Translations under genes and position numbers: made by a program
In this document: in pieces, positions 60,871-64,000 of the stretch
Layout: the number at the start of each line of letters is the position of its first letter
Position numbering within the stretch: the stretch's first letter is position 1
The notes under the pieces: generated by a model
What the model saw: only the letters and a program-made list of their open reading frames with translations
The model's database searches: none
What the model was told of the DNA's origin: nothing
DNA from: Heterodontus francisci
Lineage: Eukaryota
Assembly (NCBI RefSeq): GCF_036365525.1
Contig: NC_090407.1
Location: 19,540,234-19,604,233 of the forward strand
Direction of reading: 5' to 3'
DNA length: 64,000 bases

Positions 60871-61930
60871 GTGTGGCTCCCTCAGTCCAGCTTGTCCTTA
60901 TTTTGGAGAAGGGCTGGTTCTCCTGTCCCAGTGTAACACCTGCAGGTCTGTCAGGCTGTTACTCACATTGAATCAGTTCATACGCTGCTTTATTACAATC
61001 AGGTTATCAACAAAGTGTGACAGGAAAAGTGTGACAGGAAGTTGGTGTGACACTTACAGGAAGTGCTGACTTTATTTTTAACTGTGTTGGAACATGAATG
61101 TTGTCTTACTAAGGCCATATGGTGACACTATTCGAATGGATGACTCTTCCTCTGTATTTACCCACACCCTCTCTCTTCTTCCTCCATCATGTTGGAGGAA
61201 GGATCTTGGTCCCATTGTGTTGCTGATATTGCTTTGCAATGGACTGATGGTAGGTGCCCTCAAAGCATTGTGGGGGTGGAGGTGGGGGGGGTGGTGAATG
61301 GGGAGCTTTAACCCCTTGTCACTCACTCCCTTGTGGGACATTCTGCCTGCTGCTGTTCGCCCCCTCTTGGTGGCATTGGGGATTGTGAGACAGGGAATCC
61401 CAGGATTATCCCACACCCACCTACAGATCTACAGTGGGATTTGAATCTACAATCAAATCACTTCTTGGAACAAAGAGTTCTGGGGTAGAACATCATGAGA
61501 TACCAAACCTTCCCTCCGATGTAAACTCAGCTCTTCAACTCGAACACAAATCGAGCACATTTAATATATGGCATATCCCACACCAGGGGGCAGTGTAGGG
61601 GCACAGTCTGCTCCAACACTGAGCCACTGCTTCAATGGGCACCACTGATCTGGGTCACCGTCACACCCAGTTCACCAGCTCAGGACCAGCTGGAAGGCCT
61701 GTTCTTGTGACCATGGGCGGGTAGGGCAGGTACCAAACAGGAGATGCGGCAATCACTGCCAGTCAGCTGGTCAGTGACTGGGCATGTGCAGCTCAGGGTC
61801 AACAGAGGGAGGGTCATGGGGTCAAAGCACCAAATCAGAACTCATCCAAAATAAAACAAGATTTCAAACTCATTATCAAGAGGCACACATTCTCACAGTA
61901 TAAAGTTTATAAAACAATAACGTTCCCATG

Positions 61931-63218
61931 TGATGAAACAGGTATAATAGGCTTAATTAGGTAGAATTTAGATATAATTAATACATTACACCTTTTAGAA
62001 TTAAAGATTGAATAAATGGTCAGTTTTCAAGACTCACTGAAATTCCCTTTTAAGAGCAGAATTAAAAATCCGTAAACATCCCTGTTATAATAGAATGTGA
62101 ACCAGAAACACCTTTTAAGTTAAAAAATCCATTCCAAGGTCTCTGTTACAATGGAATTAGAGGATGAAACACACTGAGACATGCTATACGAGGTCTGTAC
62201 TGATAACTATAATCTTAATTAGTTGATAGTGTTAGTGATATAGACAGACTGACTCAAGAGGATGGGACAAAGTACCATCAAAGGACCATCACAGATGATC
62301 AATCCCAAAATGGAAGGATACTTACAAAAACAGATGCGATGTAAACCCAATTACAAACATTTTGAAGAGATAAAAGCTCACAACTTCAAGAGAAGGGAAT
62401 TCTCAGTAAATAAATTAAGTGGGAATGGTAGCTAATGATATTACCATGTATGGATAACAGAACTGGGAAAAACACACAAAGAAAGGTAACACCGACATTC
62501 TAAAAGATGAGAAGAAAGAATAGAAACAGTAAAAATGTGAGAGTTTTGAATCGATATACTGGAAGTATTGAATTCCTCATCCATGCTTCTCAACCTATGG
62601 TAAAAACGGCTGACTGCATGACAAGAGAATTCTGCTCTTAACCGAAAGTGTTTTGTTAAGCAGGAGGCTTACTCAGGAAATTTAAGGTCACAGTTTACTT
62701 TGAATTTTGATGGATATTCTAAGATATTTTGTTGTAACATTGTCAAGGTTGACCTTTTGGATTCTATTTTAGAAATAAGATTATGTTTTACATCTCGTAG
62801 TAATCTTTGATATTGTAGTATACTTGGCCACTTTAAGTGTATTGCATGTTTAATTCTTTAATAAATATATAAAAGTTAATAAATCATCTCATGTTGCATT
62901 TTATATACAACTACAAGAACCCCTTCTCTGTGTCTCCTTAAGTGAGGAGATACTTATTGAAGAGAGTTTCCCAGACCCTTATAATATCTGCGATATTTAT
63001 GACTTAAGCTATAATTATTAAAAACAAAGGCTATCCGAAAGATAGTAATATTCTCTGTTAGTTTTCTTTCTTTGAGGGAAGACTAGTCCAGTTCTTCAGA
63101 CACAAACAAGTGTTTGTAGGATTCTGTCCAATTTGAACTTAATTAAAGGAGACTCACAAATATGTACGCTTGATTTGGTTTTAGTCCCGATAAGGGGTTA
63201 AAGTCATAAATCACTTCA
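61931..63218 (+). mobile_element. Solo-LTR-like element (~1.29 kb), diverged relative of 30551-31819
   Basis: TGA...CTTCA termini, degenerate 6-bp TSD CCCATG/CCAATA, and colinear blocks with the reverse complement of 30551-31250 (e.g. 'ttgatggatat', 'tagaaataagattat', 'ttctttaataaa', 'cagttcttcagac'). Confidence 0.7.
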
Positions 63219-63585
63219 CCAATAGGTCTTATTTTAATTTCCTTTAAGAAAATAGAATCAAACAATCTTAGAATGATACAGCACATTCTGAGGCCATTCA
63301 TTCCATCATGCCTGTGCTGGCCCTTTGGCAGAATTATCCAATTAGTCCTACTCGCTTGATCATTCCCCACGGTATTAAAGGACTTATTCACACAATCCCA
63401 TTTTTGGCAATTTGAGCTTTAAATATTTAAATTATTCAATGGAACAGTTTATACACACAGTATATTTACTTTCCCTGCACTGTTACAGTGTTATCTTGGA
63501 GTATTAATCCCCAACGCTCCATTCAAAGAAACAACAAGCTTAAATGCTACAATTTCATAGAAATCCAATATTATAACAGAGCAGA

Positions 63586-64000
63586 TCACTGGGGTTCAGG
63601 CCCCCTCCTCTCCTGAAGGTGCTGACTCTCACTGGGGTACAGGTCCCCTCCTCTCCTGAAGGTACTGACTCTCACTGGGGTTCAGGCCACCTCCTCTCCT
63701 GAAGGTGCTGACTCTCACTGGGGTTCAGGTCCCCTCTTCTCCTGAAGGTACTGACTCTCACTGGGGTTCAGGTCCCCTACTCTCCTGAAGGTACTGACTC
63801 TCACTGGGGTTCAGGTCCCCTCCTCTCCTGAAGGTACTGACTCTCACTGGGGTTCAGACCCCCTCCTCTCCTGAAGGTGCTGACTCTCACTGGGGTTCAG
63901 GTCCCCTACTCTCCTGAAGGTGCTGACTCTCACTGGGGTTCAGGTCCACTCCTCTCCTGAAGGTGCTGTCTCTCAATGGGGTTCAGGCCCCCTCCTCTCC
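63586..64000 (-). repeat. 43-bp tandem repeat, same family as 1-767, inverted
   Basis: Reverse complement of the unit at the window start. Confidence 0.97.

Overview
Eukaryotic, repeat-rich genomic DNA. The SINE/LINE families and the urotensin II peptide sequence point to a shark or other elasmobranch. Reading exons by hand gives three spliced genes, which the ORF track captures only in fragments. (1) The first four coding exons of a CCDC50 (Ymer)-like gene lie on the minus strand (26182->8650); the rest probably lies left of the window. (2) A complete 4-exon prepro-urotensin II gene lies on the plus strand (38773-44060, 133 aa, mature peptide NNFSDCFWKYCV). (3) A complete 8-exon immunoproteasome beta2i (PSMB10-type) gene lies on the minus strand (59162->44497, 278 aa), with ISRE and GAS motifs at its promoter. 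The arrangement is ccdc50-like <- -> uts2 -> <- psmb10. The rest is Tx1-like, CR1 and L2 LINE fragments, Penelope-like elements carrying minimal hammerhead ribozyme cores, tRNA-derived SINEs, two related ~1.3 kb solo-LTR-like elements and many minisatellites. Most long ORFs in the track are repeat artefacts. Exon boundaries were checked for GT-AG and frame consistency. Repeat boundaries are approximate, and family names come from recognition rather than a database search.
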